A stretch of DNA of 64,000 nucleotides from Bacteroidales bacterium. Lineage in GTDB: Bacteria > Bacteroidota > Bacteroidia > Bacteroidales > F082. Numbering within the stretch: position 1 is the stretch's first letter; each line of letters opens with the position of its first letter. Made by a program: the position numbers and the translations under genes. The DNA lies in assembly GCA_017539045.1 (NCBI GenBank), contig JAFYHS010000012.1:109124-173123 (forward strand), given 5' to 3'. Shown here in pieces: positions 37,670 through 46,004 of the stretch. The notes under the pieces were generated by a model. The model was given only the letters and a program-made list of their open reading frames with translations. It was not told where the DNA came from and searched no databases.

Positions 37670-38179
37670 ATGAAAAGAATTATTCTTTATATACGATCTG
37701 GTATTCTTAATATATGGCATTTTCATTCATTATCAAAAAAAATAGTATTTGGTAGAAATGTCAATATTGAGGGAAATGTTACTTTTGGCAAAAAAGTGAT
37801 TCTTGATGATAATGTTGAAGTAAGAAACAGAACCAAAGAAGAAGCCACTGTTGGAGATTTTGTATCTATCAATCGAAATACCGTAATCCGTGGAAAAGTA
37901 AATATTGGGGAATCAGTTTCTATAGCACCAAATTGTATGATTATCGGTGCAAATCATCATTTTGAAGATACCAAGAAATCAATAAAAGAACAAGGAGTTA
38001 AAACCAAAGGAATCGTTATCGAACCAGATGTTTGGATTGGAGCAAATTGTTGTGTATTAGATGGTGTGACAATTGGTAAAGGTTCTATAATTGGAGCTGG
38101 TTCAATTGTTACAAAAACAATTCCACCTATGAGTATCGCAGTTGGGAATCCTTGCAGGGTAATAAAACAAAGAACCTAA
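37670..38179 (+). CDS. Hexapeptide-repeat (left-handed beta-helix) acetyltransferase
   Basis: The repeats IGESVSIAPNCMIIGANHHF...VWIGANCCVLDGVTIGKGSIIGAGSIVTKTIPPMSIAVGNPCRVIK match the maltose/galactoside O-acetyltransferase-like pattern. Confidence 0.75.
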   Translation: MKRIILYIRSGILNIWHFHSLSKKIVFGRNVNIEGNVTFGKKVILDDNVEVRNRTKEEATVGDFVSINRNTVIRGKVNIGESVSIAPNCMIIGANHHFEDTKKSIKEQGVKTKGIVIEPDVWIGANCCVLDGVTIGKGSIIGAGSIVTKTIPPMSIAVGNPCRVIKQRT

Positions 38180-39609
38180 TGGGACTTAAAAACCAAGCAG
38201 TTAAAGGTGTTGCATGGACCTCTATAGGAACAATTGGGTCTGGGCTCTTGAATTTGTTGGTTACAATCATATTGGCAAGATTACTGACGCCACATGATTT
38301 TGGTATTATCGAATTGTTGGTTATTTTTTCTAGTTTGTCAGATATTATCGTAGATAGTGGTTTTTCGCAGGCTGTCATCAAGGACAATAATGCAACAGAT
38401 ACTGATTTATCCTCGGTGTTTTGGCTCAACTTGTCCATTGCAATAGTTTTGTATCTGATTTTGTTTTTTGCTTCTCCTTTTATTGCACGTTTTTATGATG
38501 CACCTATAATGGAAAATCTTTCTAAAGTGGTGTTTTTAACGATTATTTTTAATTCTTTATCTGTTATCCAAAATGCAAATCTCAGTAGAAAATTAGCATT
38601 TCGTCCTTTTGCTTTGGCATCGATTATTAGCATTGTTATATCGGGAAGTATAGCTATCTTTCTAGCAATGCAAGGTTATGGTGTGTGGGCTTTGGCGTTT
38701 AATTTGGTTGGTTTCAGTTTTTTTAGAATGTCTGTGTTATGGTTGTTAAGTGGTTGGCATCCAAAATTCAAATTTAGTCATGTTTCTGTAAAAAGATACT
38801 TTTCTTTCGGTGTAAATCTTTTAATTCAAGGGCTGTTAGATAAGCTGGTGACCAATTTGGAGTCACTTATCATTGGGAAAATATACACAAAACAACAACT
38901 TGGTTATTTTTCGCAAGGCCGTAAACTTGATTCTTATGTGACCCAAGCAACCAATAATATAGTCTTAAAAGTATCGTATCCAGTTCTGTCAAAAATCAAA
39001 AACAATGAAACTCATTTAAAAGAGGGGTATAGAACAATTGTGGGCGTGACAATGTGTTGTATATCTCCCATAATGGCAATCATGTTTTTTGGGGCCGAAT
39101 ATATCATGAATGGTGTTTTTGGCGTGCAATGGTTGCCAGCTACACCTTATCTTAGACTATGGTCGATCTGTGGTTGGTGCTTAGTTGTATATTCCATCTT
39201 TATAAACATATTTTTAGTGAAGGGGAAAAGCAAACAATTGTTGCACTGTTCTATAGCAAAACAGGTAATGAGGATATTGGTTATAATTTGTTTGGTGAGA
39301 ATCAGCATTATGCATATGATGTTGGGTATAGTTGCTGTTACGCTCCTTACAGGTTTGATGTATATTTTTTTCGGAGGAAAACTAATTGATTATTCATTAG
39401 GTGAGTTTTTTAAAGACATTTCAATTACTTTTATTTCAGTTGTGATCGCTGGTTTATCAGCTTTCATCATTACACCAATGATAATAGCTTCAAATGGCAT
39501 TTGTGCTTTGATAGTATTGGTTATGATTTTAAGTTTGGTTTACCTTTTATTATTGTTGTTGTTTAAGAGCCCATATTTACAAACTATTTTTTCAATTATA
39601 AAAAAATGA
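38179..39609 (+). CDS. Polysaccharide flippase (Wzx, MOP superfamily)
   Basis: About 477 aa with about 12 hydrophobic spans. N-terminus [42 protein letters not shown] is typical of Wzx. The ATG overlaps the upstream stop (TAATG). Confidence 0.8.
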   Translation: MGLKNQAVKGVAWTSIGTIGSGLLNLLVTIILARLLTPHDFGIIELLVIFSSLSDIIVDSGFSQAVIKDNNATDTDLSSVFWLNLSIAIVLYLILFFASPFIARFYDAPIMENLSKVVFLTIIFNSLSVIQNANLSRKLAFRPFALASIISIVISGSIAIFLAMQGYGVWALAFNLVGFSFFRMSVLWLLSGWHPKFKFSHVSVKRYFSFGVNLLIQGLLDKLVTNLESLIIGKIYTKQQLGYFSQGRKLDSYVTQATNNIVLKVSYPVLSKIKNNETHLKEGYRTIVGVTMCCISPIMAIMFFGAEYIMNGVFGVQWLPATPYLRLWSICGWCLVVYSIFINIFLVKGKSKQLLHCSIAKQVMRILVIICLVRISIMHMMLGIVAVTLLTGLMYIFFGGKLIDYSLGEFFKDISITFISVVIAGLSAFIITPMIIASNGICALIVLVMILSLVYLLLLLLFKSPYLQTIFSIIKK

Positions 39610-40088
39610 AACGCTTAAAAAGTATATTCGGAATTTTTCTGTTGAGAAATGTTTATAGCGTACATCTATTTCATGTTCTTTCTAGAGGAAGGCTGCGCCC
39701 TGCCATATTGAGATTTTGTGGGGCAAAAGTTGGAAAAAATGTTCAGCTTGGGCCTTTTGTCTATTGGGACCCTCATCTTGATATGTTGGAAGTTGGAGAC
39801 AACGTAATTGTTAGTCCCCAGGCTTGTTTTATTTTTCATGACCGGGATTTGTCTGAGTTTGGTTATGGAAACTTGTATTTGAATGTTCCACACAAGTTAC
39901 AAAAAACAACCCTTTGCAATAATTGCAGAGTGGGAACACGTGCTTTAATTCTTCCAGGTGTAACGATTGGAGAAGGCGCGTGTGTGGGAGCTGGGGCGTT
40001 GGTGACAAAAGATGTCCCTGCTTGGTCAGTCGTGGCCGGCATCCCCGCCAAAATCATTAAAACATTTGCCCCAAGCGATGAGTTATAA
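39606..40088 (+). CDS. Hexapeptide-repeat acetyltransferase
   Basis: [44 protein letters not shown]; ATGA overlap with wzx. Confidence 0.7.
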   Translation: MKRLKSIFGIFLLRNVYSVHLFHVLSRGRLRPAILRFCGAKVGKNVQLGPFVYWDPHLDMLEVGDNVIVSPQACFIFHDRDLSEFGYGNLYLNVPHKLQKTTLCNNCRVGTRALILPGVTIGEGACVGAGALVTKDVPAWSVVAGIPAKIIKTFAPSDEL

Positions 40089-41055
40089 AAAAACAATTGC
40101 CTCGTTTGTGGGAAAAACACCACTTTGGAGATTGGGAGAACCTTTCAGAAACATGCCGCGGATTTTGTTTTATCATGGCGTAACCCAAGGATATTATGAT
40201 GCAAAGGTACAAGCAAATCAAATACTACTAAAGGATTTCAAGGAGCAGATCGAGTTCTTAAAACGTCATTATGTATTCATTTCAATAGATGAGTTTTACG
40301 AACGGTTTATCCTTAAGGATAAGTTTTGTGGAAAGGAAATCATCCTTACTTTTGATGATGGATACAAAAACAATTTGACCATCGTTGCACCTTATCTTCA
40401 ATCTTTAGGCATTCCTTTCATTGTTTTTGTCTCCACCGGTTGTATTGAGGATTTTGTTCCGACTTATTATATTAGATCTGCTTTATTGTCGAAGAAACTT
40501 AGTAAAATTGATGTTACCACAATAAAAAAACAGTTTTCTATAACTGAAGAAACCATAATTCCCATATTGGAGGAATTAATAACTCTTATAAAAACATCCG
40601 ATGACATAGTAGTACAAAATGTTATAGCTGAGATAGAAATGCAATTGGGAGCCACTAATAGAGAGGAGATTAATAGTCATTTTGAATCTGAGCGCATTTT
40701 GTCATGGCGAGACGTTGTAGAACTTAATAATTTGGGTGCCATTATCGGTTCGCATTCAGTCAACCATAGCATTTTGCATAAGAACCAGCAAATTGAAACA
40801 ATAGATTATCAATTAAAAGAAAGCAAAAGGCAGATAATTGACCATGTCGGAAAATGTAGATATTTTGCTTTTCCTAACGGCGACCGCTTTTCTGTTTGTG
40901 CAGACTCTTTGAAACTTTCAAAAGACTATTATGACATGAGTTTTGCGGTTAATGGGAAGTCTGTTGGTTTTCAAGACCCCGTTTGTTACGTTTCGAGGAT
41001 TGGGGCGGCTTTTGAGTTAAGCATACTAAAAACACAGCTTTCATTATTATCATAG
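40078..41055 (+). CDS. Polysaccharide deacetylase family protein (NodB homology domain)
   Basis: [11 protein letters not shown]...[10 protein letters not shown] motifs. I prefer the ATG at 40078, which overlaps the preceding stop by 11 nt, over the track start at 40012. Confidence 0.7.
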   Translation: MSYKKTIASFVGKTPLWRLGEPFRNMPRILFYHGVTQGYYDAKVQANQILLKDFKEQIEFLKRHYVFISIDEFYERFILKDKFCGKEIILTFDDGYKNNLTIVAPYLQSLGIPFIVFVSTGCIEDFVPTYYIRSALLSKKLSKIDVTTIKKQFSITEETIIPILEELITLIKTSDDIVVQNVIAEIEMQLGATNREEINSHFESERILSWRDVVELNNLGAIIGSHSVNHSILHKNQQIETIDYQLKESKRQIIDHVGKCRYFAFPNGDRFSVCADSLKLSKDYYDMSFAVNGKSVGFQDPVCYVSRIGAAFELSILKTQLSLLS

Positions 41056-41056
41056 T

Positions 41057-42454
41057 ATGATAGAAAACCAAATAATACGGAGGTCTTTGTTTTCTTACTT
41101 GATCCTCTTGTTGTTTTCGGTTTCTTTTACACTTATTGTGCAAGGATTTCAAGACTTTTTGTTGTCTTTTATCCTTCCTTTGTTTGACATTTTATTCTTA
41201 GATTATTATTATCACAAAGGGCTTGCTAAAACCGAAAAACACTTTGTTCTTTCAATCTTTTTTTGGTCATTATTTATAAGGGTTGTAACCGTCTTCGTGA
41301 TGGGCAAAATACTAATTGCCTATAATGGAATGCCTTTTATCTCCGAAAAGGATGATTTTATTTATCAAATGACCTCAGTAGAAATATTGGAACGGTGGAA
41401 GATGTCGGGTATCGGTTTTTATGACGATATTAGGTTTTCTTCTGATTCCTATTCTGGATTTCCGAATTTTAGCGCAGCTTTGATGTATCTATTTGGTACT
41501 TCGTTTTGGGTTCCTAGAATTGGTAACGCTTTCCTTTCTTCATTTACTGTCGTTTTGGGTTACAAGATGTGCAAAAAATATTCAACAATGGAATCGGCAA
41601 GATTTGTCGGTGTGTTGTTATGTCTTTTCCCTATTACAATCATTTTTTCTTCTCTTCAACTAAAGGACACACTACTACTATTCTTCATTGTGTTAGCTCT
41701 TTATGCTTCTATTGATATCTTACAAAACACCAAACCATTTAAGTCTATTATCTTACTAATCATTTCATTTCTTGGTATTTCTTTTGGCAGACCAGCAGCT
41801 ATTGTTCCTATTGCCGGTGGTCTTATATTTATAATGGTTCACAATCTATTTAATAAAAAATCTTACCATGGTTTTATAAAAGTTTTTAGTTTGGTGGTGG
41901 TTTTTGTGCTTTTAATCTATGCTTATCAGTATCTTAATTCTTTGGGGTTTGAATCAATGGGGGATTATTTTGAAACGCGTTCCGATTCGATGAGAAATAC
42001 AGGTATTCAGGATAGTAATTCTTTGATTAAAAACTATTCTATTTCTAGGTTTTTTGGTGCATATTTATATTTATTAGGAAGTTTCTTTATGCCCCCGGCT
42101 TTGTTAGTTGATCTTGGGGAAGTAATTAATTATCCCGCATGGGGAGTTTTGCAGCATTACGCTTTTTTGCCAGTTTTAGTACCAACCGTTTTTATTTGTT
42201 ACAAAAACCGCAAGGAACAACACATTCCTTTTTTCCTTTTAGTTGTTTATCTTTTATTCTTAGTTGGTCAAGCGAATTCCATGTTCACGGTGTTTTCGCC
42301 CAGACAAACAATGGGTAGTGTTTTTATTATGTACCTTTTAATCCCAATGTATCAACCAACAAAACAAAACTGGCACGGTTTGGTGTTGATACTATCTATA
42401 ATTGTTTTGGCTGCATATAATATTGTTCGCCTTTACTCGCATGGATTGTTTTAA
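41057..42454 (+). CDS. Polytopic membrane protein; candidate polymerase (Wzy-like) or GT-C-fold glycosyltransferase
   Basis: 465 aa and highly hydrophobic. It is the only non-Wzx polytopic protein in the locus. Its architecture resembles the 16099-17508 protein (acidic first loop SEKDDF, then ...GFPNFSAALMYLFG...). Confidence 0.5.
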   Translation: MIENQIIRRSLFSYLILLLFSVSFTLIVQGFQDFLLSFILPLFDILFLDYYYHKGLAKTEKHFVLSIFFWSLFIRVVTVFVMGKILIAYNGMPFISEKDDFIYQMTSVEILERWKMSGIGFYDDIRFSSDSYSGFPNFSAALMYLFGTSFWVPRIGNAFLSSFTVVLGYKMCKKYSTMESARFVGVLLCLFPITIIFSSLQLKDTLLLFFIVLALYASIDILQNTKPFKSIILLIISFLGISFGRPAAIVPIAGGLIFIMVHNLFNKKSYHGFIKVFSLVVVFVLLIYAYQYLNSLGFESMGDYFETRSDSMRNTGIQDSNSLIKNYSISRFFGAYLYLLGSFFMPPALLVDLGEVINYPAWGVLQHYAFLPVLVPTVFICYKNRKEQHIPFFLLVVYLLFLVGQANSMFTVFSPRQTMGSVFIMYLLIPMYQPTKQNWHGLVLILSIIVLAAYNIVRLYSHGLF

Positions 42455-42703
42455 AAGCTGTTCTTTAAATGCAACTAACTGACTATAAATCCTCTCAATA
42501 CGGCGTCATATTGATTGGGACAGCAATGAACCAACGAGTTTTTGGTATGTCATTAAAGACATGCCTATTGCCATCTCCGGGTGACTTATGTGTGGTGGTT
42601 AAGAATACTTGTTAATCTTTTATTTCCATTTCGCAAGTTGTTTGGTAACAGCAAATTAGAGTATTTACTTCGGTTTGAAGCCATCAATAGAAATGAATAT
42701 TGA

Positions 42704-43852
42704 ATGAACATAGCACTTCTAGCTTCTTGGAGCCTAGTCCAATCAGGTTCCTACATCTATATTCCTACCACGCATTATGTATATTTGAATTATGTGGCGG
42801 GCTTATATGATGAAGTTTATCTTATTAGCCCACTTTCAAAAGACGAGTCAAAAAAGAAGGGAAAGATTGTCAATTTTCCCAATGTGAGAATTATTCCGTT
42901 GCCTTATAATGGTAGTTATTTGGGCGCCTTGAAAAATAATATGGCATATCGTCGGGCTTTGCGTCAGGTGTGCGATAAGGTTGATGTGATTTATTGCCGA
43001 GTGCCCGACCCGTTCTCATGGATGCCCGCTCTGCTTTTCAAGAAGAAAACCATAATGCACTTCGTGGGCGACACAATCGATGCCACCCAACACAATGAAA
43101 AGTGGGGTTGGCTGAAGAAGCAAGTAATGATAGCTGGCTATCTGCCCGATTATTGGCTGACTTTGAAAGCCGCCCGAAGGAGCAAGGTCTATACCAATGG
43201 GCATCATTTGGCAGACAAATTGAAGAAGCATCGCATAAAGGCTATTCCTGTAATATCGTCAACCGTTTCTGAAAAAGATTTGCATGAGGACTTCAAAGCA
43301 TTGCCCATCGAAAAAGGGATCGTAAACATTACCTACATTGGCTACGTGCGCTTCGCCAAAGGAATGACTTGCTTGATGGAGTTTTGTAAGCGTTTGAAAA
43401 ACGAAAACATACAGTTCCATTTCCATTTGGTAGGTGTAGGGGAAATGTTTGATGATGTGAAAGCATTTATTGAGCGGGAAGTTTTGTCGGATAAAGTCAC
43501 CATGTATGGATATATTGATGATAAAGCAAAGATGAGCGAGATTTTACGGAATTCCGACCTGTTCTTTTTCCCATCCCTCTCTGAAGGGTCTCCTCGGGTG
43601 GTCATAGAAGCAATGGCCCAAGGAACATCTGTGATGTCCACCCCTGTAGGTTCGCTTCCTACAACCTTTGAAGATGGAAAGACGATTCGTTTCTTTGGCT
43701 TTGATGATGCTGAAAAAGCCATAGAAATAGTAAAAGAGTATCTCGCTGATCCTGTTTCTTTTGAAGCGCAACGGCAACTCGCCTACCGAATAGTGTCCGA
43801 ACGATTCACTATAGAGAAATTCCTTTCTAAAGTATTCAGTTATGAAGCATAA
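42704..43852 (+). CDS. Glycosyltransferase family 4 (GT-B)
   Basis: C-terminal EX7E region FFFPSLSEGSPRVVIEAMAQGTSVMSTPVGSLP. Confidence 0.85.
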   Translation: MNIALLASWSLVQSGSYIYIPTTHYVYLNYVAGLYDEVYLISPLSKDESKKKGKIVNFPNVRIIPLPYNGSYLGALKNNMAYRRALRQVCDKVDVIYCRVPDPFSWMPALLFKKKTIMHFVGDTIDATQHNEKWGWLKKQVMIAGYLPDYWLTLKAARRSKVYTNGHHLADKLKKHRIKAIPVISSTVSEKDLHEDFKALPIEKGIVNITYIGYVRFAKGMTCLMEFCKRLKNENIQFHFHLVGVGEMFDDVKAFIEREVLSDKVTMYGYIDDKAKMSEILRNSDLFFFPSLSEGSPRVVIEAMAQGTSVMSTPVGSLPTTFEDGKTIRFFGFDDAEKAIEIVKEYLADPVSFEAQRQLAYRIVSERFTIEKFLSKVFSYEA

Positions 43853-44354
43853 ACTATTGTTGATTTATTCGTGGTTGATTAGAACATTGCTTTTCTTTTT
43901 GCCAGATATTCCGTTTATTATGCGGTTTAGGGGGTGGCTTTATGGATTAGGGATGCTACATAAAGGCAAGAACTTTCAGTTGGCGCATTCCACTATTCTT
44001 AATACCATAGAAATGATATCAGTTGGAGAAAACGTATACATCGCAAATTTTTGTTCAATAATTGCCAACGGAAATATAACCATAGGTGATAACACTTTGT
44101 TTGGTCCAGGAGTGGTCATTTCATCTGGAAATCATAGATTTGAGGATGGTCTTTTCATCAAACAATCAGACAAAAAAGACGTGGCAATAGGAAAGAATAG
44201 TTGGGTGGCTGCAAATTGTACGATAGTCGGAGGCTCTGTTTTGCCAGAAAGTAGCATATTGGCCGCCAATTCTGTATTAACAAGCAAACTTGACGAGACT
44301 TTAGCAGGTTGTCTTTATGGTGGTACGCCAGCTAAATTTATCAAAAAGCTTTAA
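43842..44354 (+). CDS. Hexapeptide-repeat acetyltransferase (WcaF-like)
   Basis: ITIGDNTLFGPGVVISSGNHRF...VAIGKNSWVAANCTIVGGSVLPESSILAANSVL; overlaps the GT4 gene by 11 nt. Confidence 0.7.
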   Translation: MKHKLLLIYSWLIRTLLFFLPDIPFIMRFRGWLYGLGMLHKGKNFQLAHSTILNTIEMISVGENVYIANFCSIIANGNITIGDNTLFGPGVVISSGNHRFEDGLFIKQSDKKDVAIGKNSWVAANCTIVGGSVLPESSILAANSVLTSKLDETLAGCLYGGTPAKFIKKL

Positions 44355-44357
44355 TAC

Positions 44358-45347
44358 ATGCTCACCATCATCTGCCCCATCTACAACGAAGAAAAATACA
44401 TTGCCCGTTGCATTGAGAGCATATTGCGGCAGGATTATCCCAAAGATGATTTGGAAGTCCTTTTTGTGGATGGTATGAGTACCGACCACACAAGGGAAAT
44501 CATTGCCTCTTACCTGCCGCAATGCCCCTTTCTGCGTGTGCTCGACAATCCGCACAAGATTGTGCCTTACGCCATGAACAAAGGCATCAGCGAGGCCAAG
44601 GGCGATATCATCATGCGCATCGATGCACATACCTTCTATGAACCCAACTACTGCTCGGCCATCGTGAAAAGACTGAAGGAACTAGATGCCGACAATGTGG
44701 GTTGCGTGTGCAAGACGGATGTGCTTAACAAGACTTCCAAGACCTTGGCCATCCGCGAGGTGCTGAGCAACAAGTTCGGTGTGGGCAACTCGGCTTTTCG
44801 CACGGGCATCGAAGGGGTCAAAGAAGTAGACACGGTGCCTTTCGGCTGCTGGCCGAAGAGGGTGTTCGAAAAATATGGTCTATATGATGTACGTTTGGTG
44901 CGTAACCAAGACATTGAGCTGAGCAAGCGCATCATCAACGGTGGTGGTAAAATCTATATCATCCCCGATACCTTCTGCACCTATCTGGCGCGTGAGACTT
45001 TCAGCGACTTGGCCAAAAATAACTTCGGCAACGGCAAATGGAATATTCTCACGGTGTATTACACCCGTCAGATGAAGTCTTTGTCGCTACGCCATTTCAT
45101 CCCGTTGCTGTTTGTGTTGGGAGTCATCCTTCCTGCTTTAGTAGGCCTATTCTGGCATCCTGCTTTACTGTTGTCTGCTTTTGTACTACTTGTCTATTTG
45201 GTGGCTTTGTGCGGCATAAGTGCCCAACTCGCTGTTCAGAAGCATCTGAACTCTTTCTATCTCCTCTGGAGCTTCATCACCTTGCATTGCAGCTACGGAT
45301 GGGGGTCGCTAGTAGGTCTTCTTTCTTTGCCATTCAAAAAACGATAA
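44358..45347 (+). CDS. Glycosyltransferase family 2
   Basis: LTIICPIYNEEKYIARCIESILRQDYPKDDLEVLFVDGMSTDHTREII...RIDAH; C-terminal transmembrane spans. Confidence 0.9.
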   Translation: MLTIICPIYNEEKYIARCIESILRQDYPKDDLEVLFVDGMSTDHTREIIASYLPQCPFLRVLDNPHKIVPYAMNKGISEAKGDIIMRIDAHTFYEPNYCSAIVKRLKELDADNVGCVCKTDVLNKTSKTLAIREVLSNKFGVGNSAFRTGIEGVKEVDTVPFGCWPKRVFEKYGLYDVRLVRNQDIELSKRIINGGGKIYIIPDTFCTYLARETFSDLAKNNFGNGKWNILTVYYTRQMKSLSLRHFIPLLFVLGVILPALVGLFWHPALLLSAFVLLVYLVALCGISAQLAVQKHLNSFYLLWSFITLHCSYGWGSLVGLLSLPFKKR

Positions 45348-45353
45348 TCCCAC

Positions 45354-46004
45354 ATGTTCCTCAAATTCCTCTTCGACCGCCTCCTTTCCTTCCTTGGCCT
45401 TATCGTCCTTTCGCCGGTGATGCTGGTCGTGGCTATCCTCATCATGGTTAAGATGGGCGGCCCCGTGCTGTTCAAACAGCAACGCATAGGTAAGGATGGC
45501 AAGCAGTTTACTTTGGCAAAGTTCCGAACGATGAAGGCTGACCATGGCGGATCGTCGGTGAGCGTGGCGGGAGAGAGCCGCATCACCCCCTTAGGCGCCA
45601 AATTGCGTAAATACAAGCTGGATGAGCTGCCCGAGCTGTGGAACGTGCTCAGAGGCGACATGAGCTTCGTCGGCCCGCGACCCGATGTGCCTGGCTATGC
45701 TGATAGGCTGGAAGGCGACGACCGCGAGGTCTTGCTGTTGCGCCCCGGCATCACAGGACCCGCCTCGCTGAAGTACCGCAACGAAGAAGAAATGATCGCC
45801 GAGTATGTCGCACAAGCCAAAACACAAGGCGATTCCCGCTCAGAACAAGAGATAGCACTTTGGTATAACGACAACATGATTTGGCCCGACAAAGTGCGTA
45901 TCAACCGATATTACCTGCATCACTATTCCTTTGGCATGGATTTGAAGATGATCCTTGCCACCGTGCTGGGACGTCATATTTTGTATAACGGAGAAACCAT
46001 CTAA
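45354..46004 (+). CDS. Undecaprenyl-phosphate sugar phosphotransferase (small PglC/WcfS-type initiating transferase)
   Basis: LSPVMLVVAILIMVKMGGPVLFKQQRIGKDGKQFTLAKFRTM...DELPELWNVLRGDMSFVGPRP is the bacterial sugar transferase signature; 216 aa. Confidence 0.9.
   Translation: MFLKFLFDRLLSFLGLIVLSPVMLVVAILIMVKMGGPVLFKQQRIGKDGKQFTLAKFRTMKADHGGSSVSVAGESRITPLGAKLRKYKLDELPELWNVLRGDMSFVGPRPDVPGYADRLEGDDREVLLLRPGITGPASLKYRNEEEMIAEYVAQAKTQGDSRSEQEIALWYNDNMIWPDKVRINRYYLHHYSFGMDLKMILATVLGRHILYNGETI

Noticed and set aside
37561-45350. Whether the AT-rich island is a mobile element (IS, ICE or prophage fragment).
   Set aside because: It has no transposase, integrase or phage-like ORFs and no terminal inverted or direct repeats at its borders. 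All genes are polysaccharide-biosynthesis functions in one orientation, which fits cassette exchange by homologous recombination.
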